64,000 nt of DNA from the human T2T-CHM13v2.0 reference genome, Homo sapiens, in assembly GCF_009914755.1 (NCBI RefSeq), contig NC_060938.1; one strand, given 5' to 3'. The position numbers were made by a program, and so were the translations under genes. Within the stretch, counting starts at the first letter, position 1; each line of letters begins with the position of its first letter. This document shows, piece by piece, positions 27,869 to 41,544 of the stretch. The notes under the pieces are model-generated. The model did no database searches and had not been told where the DNA came from. It was given only the letters and a program-made list of their open reading frames with translations.

Positions 27869-30800
27869 TAATATTTTAAATGAGGCAGAAACAGCATGGC
27901 CTGAGTGCCTTCAGTAGTTCTGAGGTCATCTCAATTTGAAACAAGTGATAAGATTCAGTAGCTCCTTCTGTCATCGCCTATGTACACATCTTACAGTCAG
28001 TGCTGATAGTGCTTGGGCTTGGCCACGGCCCATTGCTGGGCATAAACTAAGTTAAATGGAACAAAAAGATGAACTAGCTTTCAATACTGGCTCTCTGCAA
28101 CTCTGCTTTTACTTTCTTGCCCATATCCTGCAGGGTGTGATAATCACTTGCTCATCGACTGGTGCCAGGTTGGAAGCTATTGTAATCAATTAAGGTCATG
28201 AGGATTCTATTTGTGTTCCATGGCAGCAGCCTCAGGATGATACCCTACCATCATGAAATAGTTAATTCAGCTGTCAAATCGGCCCCACCTAAACCTGAAA
28301 TAAACTGGCTTATTTTGCCTCTTGGTCTTTTATTTCAAAAGGTACTAGGGTATCAACCATTTTAAAATGATCACCATATGTGTACGCCAGTGTCATGTTT
28401 ATATATAGAATATACACATTTACCAGTGTTGTAACATTTAACATTTGCAGAAGTTATGTATGCATTTTGTGAAAAGCTGTAGTTGTGGACTCTATAATAA
28501 ATATAAAATAATCACCACTAGTGAATCCTCCAGGTCCAAATCACTCAATTCAGGGAACACCTTCCAGGATCTGGGTTCTTTCTTGCTGCCCTCCATAGTT
28601 TGTAAAGCTAACATTGACTGTCCAGATTCATATATATTAATATTTCTCATGGATGAGGTTCCTGATAGCTTACACCTTCCATGGCATTCTTTAGTAACAA
28701 TATTCACTTTGTGATTCTTCCAAAGGCTGAAAACTGAAAACATTGAGCAAACTGAAAAATCAAAGCAAAAGACCCTCATACACTTGATCATCACTCACTG
28801 GCTGGGTGTATGTGTCAGAACTCTTTACTACTCTGATTTTTCTCCTGTGCCTTTTGGGCAGAAACCTCACCTTGTTTGCATCTTTTGGAGCACCTAATAC
28901 ACTGCCCGAGCTCCATAAATAATTAATTTCACCAATAATAATGGGAAGCAGAGGCGTCCAAGAGTCTTCCTTCTCCCTGTACTGTGAAACTGGTGTGATG
29001 GTATTTTGACTATCAAAACAATGATTAAGCAGCTTTGGCACACTTTATATTTGGGCTAAATGTGATTTTACTAATGCACCATCTCATTCTTCCCTCCCCC
29101 AACACTCGTATTTTAATGATTTCTAATTAATATTGTAATATTTCTTGAATAATTCATGTTTTTAAACAAGAAAGCCTGGCATAAATTTATGCCAATCTGT
29201 TTGTGTATCGCAGTGCTGTGCTTAACAAACAAACACAGTCTGCTTCTCTTGGAGACTGGGGAAAGGGGAACAGAGAAGGGAAGCCCCAGAGTGCTGAACT
29301 GGGATTCACATTTCTCTTCAAAAGGAAAAGCCCTCTTTGCTTGCTTTCTAAGGGTCAGAGGCAGGCACCTTTTGTCTTTGCTATCACCCTTTATCATTTC
29401 ATCTTTTCTCCTGACAGGTGCCCGAGGCCCTCAAGCTGCCCTTCATTACCCTGCACCCTGCTCGAGTTGCTCTCCAGATGTTCCCTGAATGCCCCATCTC
29501 ACTCCCATCCCATCCCAAACTAATCTTTTAGCCTCTCTGGACATTGCTTAGGGATAGACACAGACTATAATCTGATCAGCTAGTCAGGACGAAGTGGATA
29601 ACAACTGGGGGTGGGTATATTCATTTAGCCAACAAATATTTAATGAGCACCTGCTGTTTGCCTGGAATGGTGCAAAGCCTGAGGCCACAAAGATGGATTA
29701 GTTATTGGGGAGTATTGGCCAAATAACATGATTGCTCCTTTACAGGGGCTTCTGAGGAGTCCATTTGGGGTCCTCTGGCAGGTTAGAGGGGGATTTCTTT
29801 AAAGGAAGGAAGATCTTTGTGCCTCCAACTGGATAGCTGCCGATTCTGCCTGCATAGTTTGGACCACAGTCGTGATATGGTGAAAAGTCATGGATGGGTT
29901 TTTTGATTTTTAATTTTTTCAGGGAAAAAGCCCCAACAAGTTAGGAAATAGAGGAAAGGCTTCAGAATAAAAGCTTGGCCCATCCTGACTCCACGTGGTG
30001 GTGATCTCCTTTGTTTGGGGCTAAACTCACGTTCTCTTCAATTAAACATAAAATTACTCAGAGGCTTAGAAGCAGGAACTCTTTTTCATACAGCACTTTC
30101 TCTTTTTCTCAGGTTTAAGAAACCTGCTGCTTTAGAGAGGCTGTTTTTATGTGACATCTGCTGTCAAGTGACTTCAAGTTCCATCATCCCCCCATCCTTC
30201 CTTGAGGCTGGAGAAGAGACTTTAATATCTATCATTTCTGTCTGCGTTAAGGCACTACTAATGCTGTGTTGACCCTGCTGCTGGGGCCGTTAATGTGTGT
30301 CACTGTTAATTAGCAGCCAATGGAATACCCAAGCTAGTGACATGGTTCACTGAGATGGATGTGGTTGTTTTGATTGCATTGCTATTGCTAGGCTAACTAT
30401 CATTTGTACTAACGATTTCCAAGTAGGTAGCAAAAGAGTAGGAGGGAAATGACTTAATTTGATTTTTCCCTCTACTATCTCTAAGAGCAATTTCAGTTGT
30501 GAAAACACTCTGCAGAAGCAACAGCTCCCAAATTCTTTGCAGTCTTCGGAAAGATAGATTATTAACTGACCGTATCAAGATAGGGAGTGTTGGTGATTAT
30601 GTATACAGTATAATCTTTCCAGAATGGGGATAGCATACCTGCCCTCTGATGTATTGCTAATGGCCTCTATGGACACAATCATCCTGCAAACAAGAGGTGT
30701 CATCTATGGCTGTTGCCGGTCCTAATGACCCTGAAAAATGGAAAGAAGAGTTGAAAGTACAAAGTGGTGGGAGTATGCAGCTGGTAGGAAGAAGAGACAT

Positions 30801-31049
30801 TTGGCTTGTTTTTGCCCAAAGGGTATAGGAAAGCAGGATGGAATTTAGAGGTAGATGCTGAAATCTTTATGAGGGATGTTGAGCCTCTTAATAACTTCAC
30901 AAGTTTTCAGAATGCACACTTGCCATTTTGTCTGCTTCAGTGTCCCCTTGATGCTTGAGTATACTGTTGCTGAATCTCATAGTAATACTGCCACATTTCC
31001 CAACCCCTAGGTCCAGGATTAAGAATGGACATCTGCTTACAACTAGATT

Positions 31050-32810
31050 GGAACCAGAAGTTTATGTTTCTAAGCACAGTACCACTTCAACAGTAATGGG
31101 CAATTTTTATGCATGTCCCTATCAGTCCATTTCCTTTCCTCAGCCTTTTCATTCAAGGATCCTTCCAAACTTCTCTCTGTCCTCCATCTTTGTCCTGTCT
31201 CCTTCTTTCCCATGTCCAGCAACTTAGTTGTATCGGAAGAATATTCTCAGGTTCTACCCAACTGTTTAGAAACATCTCAGTTTGTACCCATCTTCCATTT
31301 GTTCAAGACTATTATTGCCTCCAGTATTTGAGAATCCTTAGAGTTAGAGAATCCTCTCTTACTTCCTCTGGGCTGTGCCCCTTTTGCCATTTCTTCCTCT
31401 CCTTGGTCTTCAATCTTCCCAGCTTTACTGATATGTGGCTCTTAAGTTTCTCCTATTATAAAAGAAAAACCTTAATTTTACCTCGCATTTTTCTTGAGCT
31501 AGAAACCTATATTTCCCCTTACCTTCCTAGAAACATTTTTTGAAATAACGATCTACAATAAATAACTCCACTTCTCACTTTGCATTAATTCCTCAAACAA
31601 TTAGAAATAGGCTTCATCTCTGTCTCTGTAGCTCCACTAAACTGCTCAGCAAATACCACAAACAACCTCTTTGTGACCAGAGCCAGTGATGTTTGGTTCT
31701 CACCTTACATGGCTTCTCTGTAGAATTTGACTCAGTTAGCCACTCCCCATCTCTTGAGATTCTTTCTTCATTTGGTTTCCATGACAATTCTCTCTCTCTT
31801 GGGTTATTCGCTTGCATCTCTGGTGGCCCCTTCTTAGTCTTGTTTTTGGAAAGTTTGCTGTATACTTTATCACTTAGATGTTGGAGTCCTTGAGGGCTTC
31901 CTCCCCTGCTCTCTTGTCTTTTTAACCCACGTGGCCCTTTCAAGAAGATATTATTCACAGCTTTAGGTCCCACATACAAGATGACATTGTCCTCTTTTTC
32001 CACTCTCCTTTTTAAAATTTTTGGCTCAGTGTTTCTTAGCATTTTATTCTAAAAGCATGAGAGTTTTCTTTGGAGCCCCCAAATCTTCTGTAAGTATACT
32101 CAAAACCAAAACAAACACCTTTTTCTCAGAGCCCCAAATCTAATCTTTCTTCTGTATTCTCCGCCCAGGGATTGACAAACATCTACCTGGTTGCCCAAGC
32201 TAGAAAGCTGGCCCTATCTTATCTCTTGCCCTCATTCATCAGGCCCAGTGTATAAGTGACTTCTGTTGACTCTGTGTTTCATCATAACCCTCACTGTCAC
32301 AGTTTTAATTATTTGCCTCCTCCTCAAATTCTAAAATTCTTCCTAGTTTCTCACAAGATAAATAGCTTTTTGGTTCTTCGCACCTCTCCAACTCCATTGC
32401 CGACCCCTATTCCATCCTCATTGCATGCTCCACCAAGCTACATGCAGCTCCGGGACTCTGCCATACCCTTTCCTGCCTCCATGCTTTCATACATGCTGGA
32501 TCCTTTCCCTGAAGCATCCCTTTTCTGGCTAGCTCCTGTTCTTCCACATTGCGACTAAAATGCTAGCTCCTCTTTGTGGCCAGAGTCATGCATTTTTAAG
32601 CACTCTGTGGCCCCATAGGAAAAATTGCCTGTTCTTTCTGCATTTTTTTTCTCAAACTTGATGGTTATTGTTTTTTGTTTTGTTTTGCTTTGCACTTCTT
32701 TCCACCAACTGGACTCTTAAGCATCTTGTAGGAATAAATCTTTTTAATATGTATACCACCTGCTCACTGCCTAGAACAGAGTCAATGCTAAATAAATGTT
32801 TGTTGATGTG
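31050..32810 (+). mobile_element. L2 LINE (ORF2 to 3' end)
   Basis: Pyrimidine-rich L2 body (ctccactaaactgctc, gtagaatttgactcagttagccactcccc) ending in aataaatgtttgttga ~32791-32806. Confidence 0.8.
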
Positions 32811-32999
32811 ACATAACTGTTCCATCCCTCACTCAAGGCTATTCTGTTTTCTTCAGCACTGAATTCGCATTTTATTAAAATAAGAACAAGAACACCTACA
32901 GTTCTAGATTCAGAAAGCTGGATTGTAGTTGTGTCCTTGTAACTTAAAAGATGTGTTACCTCGGATCTTTATGGTCCTAAGATAGGGGCTAATATAAGA

Positions 33000-33200
33000 T
33001 CAAGGATTTAAAATTGTGCTCTGAGGAGACCAGGATTTCTTGAAGGCAAGAGGGAGGATGAGGATGAGGGACTCTGTGCCTTCCTTACTTCTTTGTTTCA
33101 AAGAGGAGCTTCACTTTCATCAGTTTTATATATTGTGATCTCATGTAGAATTTTCTTTAAACCATAGATTCCACTGCTAAAATATAATTTGGAAACCACT
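33000..33200. mobile_element. hAT-Charlie (MER103-like) fragment
   Basis: cagttttatatattgtgatctcatgtagaattt...ttccactgctaaaa...tttggaaaccact. Confidence 0.5.
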
Positions 33201-35324
33201 TCACAGGGTTATCTCTAATTCTCTTCTGACTGAAAAAATGTCTGTGGATCTGTGAGCTGCATAGTAATATTGGCCTGACAAAGCATATCTCCCAGCAGCA
33301 CAATGGAAATGCATTACATAATCTTTGTATAAACATTCAATTTTGCACTTTCTGCAGAGAAGAGAGAGGGAATGGGGATAGAGAGGGGAGCAAAGAAGAG
33401 GAAAAGAGGAACTAGGAGGCCAGTGGAAAGGAGGGCAAAGAAAATGCAAAGGTGAATTAACTACAGGCAGAGGAGTCCACTGCTCTATTCCACAATCAGA
33501 AACCATGGAGAGAGCATGCACCTCAGAGTGCAGGTGAGCTAAGAGCCTGGAATCTGCTGTTTCCAGAAGTCTTCCAAGAGTGAGCATCTAACAGTGCTCA
33601 GTTGAAGTCTAATATTCAAAGGTACACATTTTTCATGCAACACAGGCCCAAAATGCAAGCCAACTTAATTTGGTGTTTAATTAAAGAAAAGAGGCTTCAG
33701 TTCCAGAGCTGGAGGACAAACTGTGTTGGACTTCAAAATACACTGCCGTTCTTTAAAATGATGCTGTATCTGTGTTTTATGTGCAATGTAAGGGGTGTTC
33801 AATTTTCCACTTAGAACTGAATATAACATACAACTCCACTATATGACATGTCTGAAATTCTCGGGTTCTGTGATTTTTCTGTGTTATCATAAATCATCCT
33901 TAATCTCTTCTATGCAGGAACTATTTTACATGCAAACTATAACAATTTTTATTCATTTGGCATAATAATGATTAGTATAAACAATGTAGAATGTGCTGGA
34001 ATCCACGGAGGAGGTGCATAAATCGTGAGACCAAGAAAAGACTGCAGACAGCACTCATAGTGTCAGCTCTGATTTACATTATCACATTTAAATGCAAGAA
34101 GGAATGTTGACTCTAAAGAAAATCAAATACATTAAAACAAAGCTCTTTGCATTTTTAGAGCCATAGACAAAACAAGCCTGAAATCTATATCCTATTTAAG
34201 TCTCCTTGATAGAAAATATAGAAATTCTGCCTAATCATGGCACTGGGGAAAAGAGGAATAAATCCAGATACTGAGGGGGAGAAAAAGAAATGCTAAATAA
34301 TGGCTTTATAATACAGAAATCTTTCTATTCAAGAAGTGCATTTTAAAATCCCATTGAAAATGCCATATAAAGTTGAATTGCCCTTGGATTGTTCACTTTG
34401 AAAAATAATATGGAGGATGGCTGCAATTTTAGGATGGGAAATCATCTGTTTTTTAGAAACCTAATTTCGTAGCCCAACTCTACTGGGGACTTTTCTGAGG
34501 TTTCTACCATCCTTTAACAAACTTATATGTTGTTGTCAGTTCCATTTATGGCACTTTTCTATTAACACTGTTCTTGGAAAATCAAGAATGGCTAAATAAT
34601 AACAGATTTGAAATGTATTGTTTTGCTCTGTAAAAAATTGTTACAGGGTGAGAGAGATTCAGCATAAACTTTCATTAGAGCAGTCTATGTTTATCATTCT
34701 AAAGTAATGTTAACATGCTTCAAGCCCTAAATTAAATCAAGTGAAGACCTGTCAGAAGCAGCAAACCAATGAATGTATTTCTTGCAATGCATAAATTCAA
34801 TTTCACTTGAAAACATTATAGCACATTGGAAAATTATTTCCCTTGTTTCTTTAATTGGCAATAGTCTCATTCCTGAGCCTTGCTTTGCCCAGACAAATCT
34901 AATGTGACATAAAAGATCTGATTTGGAAAACAAAGAAGAACCCATATATGTGAGCTGGAGTACACATTGTAGTTGGTGTTCACAAGTCATTACCCATGAT
35001 TTCTCATAATGAAGGTGAGTTAGTGTCTCATGAGCAGATAGACCCTGTTTTAAGGTGTATGGAATTCCTTCTGGGAATGAGGGTCAGGACATATAATCCT
35101 TTCTCTCTCCTTCCTCTGAGGCTTTGCACATGACATCACTCCATTTGGAACATCATCTATCCTTTGTTTCCTCAAACCTTGCCTTTGCTTTCTTCAATAT
35201 CTTAATAATGACGTAGGTTGTGGGGAAGCCTTCCAAATTATTTTCCAATTTATGTTCCTTCTTCTTTCTAGTCCTTTGCACCTTCCTGTTTTCTTAGAAT
35301 GTGAAGTTCTTTTAAAATCAATCT

Positions 35325-36330
35325 CTGTTGGGTTGCTGGGTATATTTGGATTGTTATGCCCCTTATTTTATGTTTATTATTATGTTTGTGCTGGAACCTC
35401 CATATTGTTTTCCAGAATGGCTGTCCTAATTTACATTCCCACCAACAGTGTACATGGGTTCCCTTTTCTACGCATCCTTGCCAGCACTTATCTTTTGTCT
35501 TTTTGATGTGTGTGAGGTGATATCTCATCGTGATTTTAATTTGTATTTCCCCAGTGGTTATTGATTTTGAGCACCTTTTCATATGTCTGTGGCCATTTGT
35601 ATGTATTCTTGGGAGAAATGTCTATCCAGGTCTTTTGTCCACTTTTAAATCAGGTCATTTTTCTCTATTGGGTTGTTTGAGTTCCTCACGTGTTTTGGAT
35701 ATTATCTTTTATTAGATTTGTAAGTATTTTTTCCCATTTCAAGGCTGCCTTTTCACTCTGTGAGTTGTTTCCCTTGTGGTACAGAGATTTTTTAGTTTGA
35801 TGTAGTCTCACTTACTTATTTTTGTTTTTGTTGCCTGTGCTTTTGGTATCATATCCAAAACATCATTGTCAAAGTTAATATCAAGAAGATTTTTCCTTGT
35901 GTTTTCTTCTAGGAGTTTTACAGCATCAAGTCTTCTGTTTAAGTCTTTAATCCATTTTGAGTTGCTTCTTGTTCATCCTGTAAGATAAGGGACAATTTCA
36001 TTCTTTTGCATGTAGATATCCAGTTTTCCAAACACCAATTATTGAAGAGCCTATCTTTTCCTCATCCTTATGTATATTTTTGTCCTCCTTGTCAAAGATC
36101 AGTTAATTGTAAGTATGTAGATTTATTTATTTCAGAGTTCTCTATGCTTTTCCATTGGTCAATATGTCTGTTTTTATGCCTGTACCATACTGTTTTGATT
36201 AACTGTATCACCATAGAATCAGGAAGTGTGATGCCTCTGGGTTTGTTCTTCTTTCTCAAGATTGCTTTGCCGTTTGGGGGCCTTTTGCAGTTCCATGTAA
36301 ACTTTAAGGTTTTACTATTTCTTTTTTAAA
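35325..36330 (-). mobile_element. L1MB-like ORF2 3' fragment
   Basis: ttacattcccaccaacagtgtac, gtgaggtgatatctcat, gatatccagttttccaaacacc; minus ORF 35268-35582 resembles the L1 ORF2 C-terminus. Confidence 0.9.
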
Positions 36331-36454
36331 AATTGGCATCTTGTTAATTCTTTTAAAACTTCGGGTGATTATTTGGAAGAATCCAGAAAATAAAATCAAC
36401 CCATTTTTAATTTTTTGAGTTTAATTTTTCTCTTTTAAGAAAAAAGATAGTCCT

Positions 36455-36650
36455 TATTTTTTAGAGCAGTTTTAGGTTCACAGCAAAGCAGAATGTATGG
36501 AGATTTCATACACAGCAAAGCAGAATGTATGGAAAATGCAGGAGATACCTCCTGCCCCACATATGCACACCCCTACCCCCACCATCAAAATACTGCACCA
36601 GAGTGGCACATTTGTTGCAACCTATGACCCTATATTGACACATCATCGGT
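36455..36650 (-). mobile_element. L1MC1-like 3' end with an internal 23-bp duplication
   Basis: tttagagcagttttaggttcacagcaaa...ccagagtggcacatttgttgcaa; cacagcaaagcagaatgtatgga repeated. Confidence 0.75.
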
Positions 36651-37080
36651 CTAGTTTTAAATGAAGGACGTTTCTTTTTTTCTTTTTAAGGTATTATTAC
36701 ATGAGAATAGATTCTTGAAAATGTAGAGATCTCATTATGGTTACCTAAGTGATCCAATTTGAACTTTTCCAGGATTTAAAATGAAAGAGAAGCCAAAGAA
36801 TCTAAGTCAGAGCTCCCAAGACATATTTAGGAGTTTTCCTTAGGAAGGTTGGTCATGTTTGAGGAGCAGGGTAAAGGGAGAGTCTTTGGATTAGAAAGGG
36901 TGGAAGATGGGATACAGCATGCTGTGCATGGCTTCTGTTCAATAGAGATGGCAATCTAAGATCACATGTGCAGTGCTGTGTTTAACTGTGGGCATTAAGC
37001 TTTAAAAGGAATGTTGACTAGTTCCCCATACAATGTTCTAGTTTGCATTTGGAGCACAGAATACAATATTTTAAAGAGGG

Positions 37081-37448
37081 TGATATGGTTTGGCTCTGTG
37101 TCCCCATCGAAATCTCATCTTGTAGTTCCCATAATTCCCACATGTTGTGGAAGGGACCTGGTGGGAGTTGACTGAATCACAGGGGCAGGCCTTTCCCATG
37201 CTATTCTCATCTTAGTGAATGGGTCTCAGAAGATGGTTTTAAAAATGGGAATTTCTCTGTACAAGCTCTCTCTTTGCCTGCTGCCATCCATATAAGACAT
37301 GACTTGCTCCTCCATGCCTTTCACCTTCTGCCATGATTGTGAGGTCTCCCCAGTCATGTGGAGTTGTAAGTCCAATAAACCTCTTTCTTTTGTAAATTGC
37401 CCAGTCTCCGGTAAGTGTTTATCAGCGGTGTGAAAATGGACTAATACA
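37081..37448 (+). mobile_element. THE1 (THE1C-like) MaLR solo LTR
   Basis: tgatatggtttggctctgtgtcccc...ggactaataca; 5-bp TSD GAGGG at 37076-37080 and 37449-37453. Confidence 0.95.
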
Positions 37449-38169
37449 GAGGGCTTTTCCCCACAAGTGTCTGGGTGTGTATGTTGGGCTACGTAGTGAA
37501 TGGGAAGAACCAAATCAAAGAAGTTCAGGAGGTGAAAATGATATCTCTGGCTTGTATGTGTTCTAGTTTTAACACTATATGGGGAAAAGAAAAATCTGCT
37601 ACCAATGTCATCGAAAAAATCTGGAAAGATGTTTAAAAAGAATTAAGATTGGGGAACAGGTATAATTGTCTTCAATTATTAAAAAGATTATGATATAAAA
37701 GGATTAGCCTGTCCTGCGGTCTTTGAAGTAGAATAAGGAACACTCTATGAAAGTTAAGCTAGGTAGCTCACACTGTTAAAAGTGGAAGAGAAGCCTTGTA
37801 ACACAGTAAATTTGTTTCTCCGACATTTACTCAGAGTCTGAGTGAACACCTGCCCTTATAATGGGAGCAATGCTGGATTAGGCTCTGAGAGTCAGGGTTT
37901 TAGGGCCCTGTGGCACCTGGGCGTAGTCCTGCCCTTAACATTAACACCTTGGTCGGCAGTCATTAAACCTGCCAATACTCAGCTTAGTCATCTGTAAAAT
38001 ATAAAAAGTACCACCTATGTCTCCAGACTCTGTGAAGACAGAATATGATAATATATAGAAATTTGAAAGCACATTATGACTTTTAAAACTGTACTAGGCT
38101 AAATAGATATCAGATATTATTAAATGAAGATGAATGTAATTTTCTCTTGATTTCAAGTTTTGACTGTAA

Positions 38170-38390
38170 GTGTAAACTACACATTAGATTTTGAAGACTT
38201 AGTACAGAAAATGTAAACTAATTATCTTTATGTCAATGTTGAATGGTATGTTGAGTATGTTGAATTGAAATGTATTATTAAAATTAATTTACTTGTTTAT
38301 TTTTACATTTAATGTGGCTAATAGAAACTTTAAAATTACAAGTGGGCTCAGTTTTGTGGTTTATATTATATTTCTGTTAGAAAGTACTGG
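38170..38390. mobile_element. MER33/MER3-like hAT-Charlie
   Basis: gattttgaagacttagtac...aatgtggctaatagaaactttaaaattaca...tatttctgttagaaagtactg. Confidence 0.7.
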
Positions 38391-38627
38391 GCTAGATGTC
38401 AGGAATCAGGCAAGCCAATGTAATCTTCAGAGATTATTTTTGTTCCAGATACAGCTCAGATTCTGGTGAAGCTAATCTTTTAAGTACATTTTGGAGAGAA
38501 TTTTTCTGAAAATCTCATTTGGTCTTCTGATCTCAAGCTGTACCGAGTATCTCAGATTTTTTTCTAAACAATGCTGTTGCTTAATTTTGAGAACTCTATC
38601 ACTCCCCAAAGTAGCTATAGACTAGAC

Positions 38628-38780
38628 CAGTGCTTCTCAAATTTGGCATGCATAGAAGTCATGGGGGCAGAAGGAGGCCTTGTTTAATATAGAATCTGAG
38701 TGAGTTAGTCTGGGAAGGGGCTTGAGATGATGCCAAGGCTACAGATCTGGAAAATACACATGAAGAAACAAGGCCTAGAA
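38628..38780. mobile_element. MER5-like hAT-Charlie
   Basis: cagtgcttctcaaatttggcatgcatagaagtca. Confidence 0.6.
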
Positions 38781-40524
38781 CACATTAGGTCCATCAGACA
38801 TACAAATTTGGGAAGAAGGGAAATGAGGTGATTTTCATAAACCATCAGAAGGAACCCTCTATCTTTAATTAACTTACTCTTCTTTCTCCTCTCAGATTGA
38901 GCTGTATCTATAGAAGGTGAAATGAACAGGCCATAGCACAACTAATCTGCTCAATTCCAGTGTTGCAAAGATTGATGGATACCGTTGAGTGATCAATTTG
39001 GTCATGACACTGGGTATCAGTCATGAGCATGACTGAAATGAATGGAATCACTTTACTCCAATCTGGTTTGCTTTCATTGTGTAAACTTAGCTGATCTTGA
39101 GGTTTGGGGTCAGGGAAATCAGTGCTACACCTAAGTCTACTAACCTTCTTGGGAAAATTTATTAAATTATAAATTTATAAAGTTTATTCATGCATATTAG
39201 TTATTATAAGGGACAATCAATCAATTTGCCTGCCTTACTGATGTTCTCTTCTCAAAGGTATGCTTACTTTCTGTTGAAGTTAGAAAAGTCACATTTTAAT
39301 GTTTATAAAAGTTAAATTTTATTATTAGATAATAAAATATATCGCCAAATTAATTTGTGAAATCAACTCAAGGAAAGAATTACTAAGATTTAATAAAAAA
39401 TGTTTGGAACAGTTATACAATGTTTTGAATAAGTTTATAATCTCCCAAAATGGTTACTTTGAAGAAAAAGCCCTACGTGATTTTATAATTTTAAAAATAT
39501 TTTAGAATAATCTCATTACTTATGTCTCGATTTATACTTCTTTAGAACATTTTTGCAGTGTGGATATGAGGCATAGTCAATCATGTCAAATCTAATAAAT
39601 AAATTCTGCATGACTGGGGTTTTTGAGGTTTCCTGGATGGAAACTTTAATTCCTGTGACCTTGAGTCTCATTTTCCATCACTCATAACGTCAAATTACTT
39701 TACTGTTGATTCCTTTTCTTGTTATTCCTGCAGTAGCCTCCTTATTTTAATTCAGATCTGGTTCAAAACATTGGCTGCCACTTTGACCTACACTGACATT
39801 TCAAAGGCTGCAGAATAATTAGTGAAATAAAAACCTCATAATTACTTTCTAACACACACCCACACAAAGCCTTTTGTTGAGCTGGCAGAATGGATTGAGA
39901 TTTTTGTTGTGTTGTGTTTTGTTCTAAATGATTGAGCATGGAACTAAAGTGAAATGACAGACATTTCTTGAATGCACAAAATGATCTGAAAGCTAAGATA
40001 CTCAATGTTTCACATAACAATATTGAAATCTTACTAAGAATCAACTTCATTTAGTATCTGATTTTAAACCTTAAACTCTGACAAAAAGAAGTATTTCTTT
40101 GGAAATAATTTGATAGCATATGATACCATATTAATAGCAGCAATCTTTTTTTTAATTGTTGATGGCTTTTGAATTGGTTGGAAATGACTAAACTCAGAAT
40201 TCTTCTGATCCAGACATTAAGATGGCTCTAACTGTGAGTTTAACTATCCTAGGAAAATGTTTTCTACAGCATAGATATGATAAATATGTTGGTGTTGCAC
40301 CTGCTCTTTCCTTTAAATCTGATTTGTTCACTGGGCTTAGGCGTGTGCATGGGGATCTACACATATTTAATGTAAGCAAGTGAGATCTTGTACCTAGTTT
40401 CCTCAGTCAAAAGAAGAGAAAATTAGCTGGTTCCTGTTGATTGTGTACGAAGTCCAGTGTGAAAGATTCACCATTGGGTCTTTGTGATCTATACATTTTT
40501 TTCTGTAGAAAAAATTAACTTTGA

Positions 40525-40868
<344 letters not shown>

Positions 40869-41080
40869 TATAAAAAACCTTTTAGAGTACTACTCATTTG
40901 TAAGTCAGACACTGTTTGTCCTGATGAGATTCTTTGCAGTACAGGTGTTATTTTGTCTGTTTTGTTTTGATTATTTTTATTGCTGTTATTTTATTGTTTG
41001 CAGAGTCTATAATAATAGCTAACACAATCTATATGTTGAATAAACATACTCTTTTCTAAACAAAACAAAACATGATCTAA

Positions 41081-41540
41081 AGTGGTACTTCTCAAACTTT
41101 TTGATCTCATTTACACTGTAATAATGACTAAGGACCCTGAGATGTTTTGTATGTCTGTTATATTTACTGATCTCAGAAATTAAAATTGAAAAATTTAAAA
41201 ATATATCTAGTAATTAGAAACAAAAACAGCATATCACATGTTAACAAAATAATGTATTTTATTAAAAATAACCATATTTTTGAAACAAACAAATAGTGAG
41301 AAGAGTATCATTGGTGTTTACATTTTGCAAATTTCCTAAATACCTAACTTGTTGGAAGACGAATGAAGATATTATAGCTCACGTAGCCTCTCGAAAATTC
41401 CACTGCATAGGACAGTGAGATCAAAAAAGACAACTTTATGTCACAAAATATTATTACAAAAATAGTTTTGAGTTTGTGGACTCTCTGAAAATGTCTTAAG
41501 GTCCCTCAAAGGTCCTTACACCATACGTTGAGAACTGCTA
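41081..41540. mobile_element. Charlie4-like hAT DNA transposon
   Basis: TIR-like ends gtacttctcaaactttttgatctc ... ccatacgttgagaactgcta; internal aaatagtgagaagagtatcattg. Confidence 0.7.
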
Positions 41541-41544
41541 GTTT

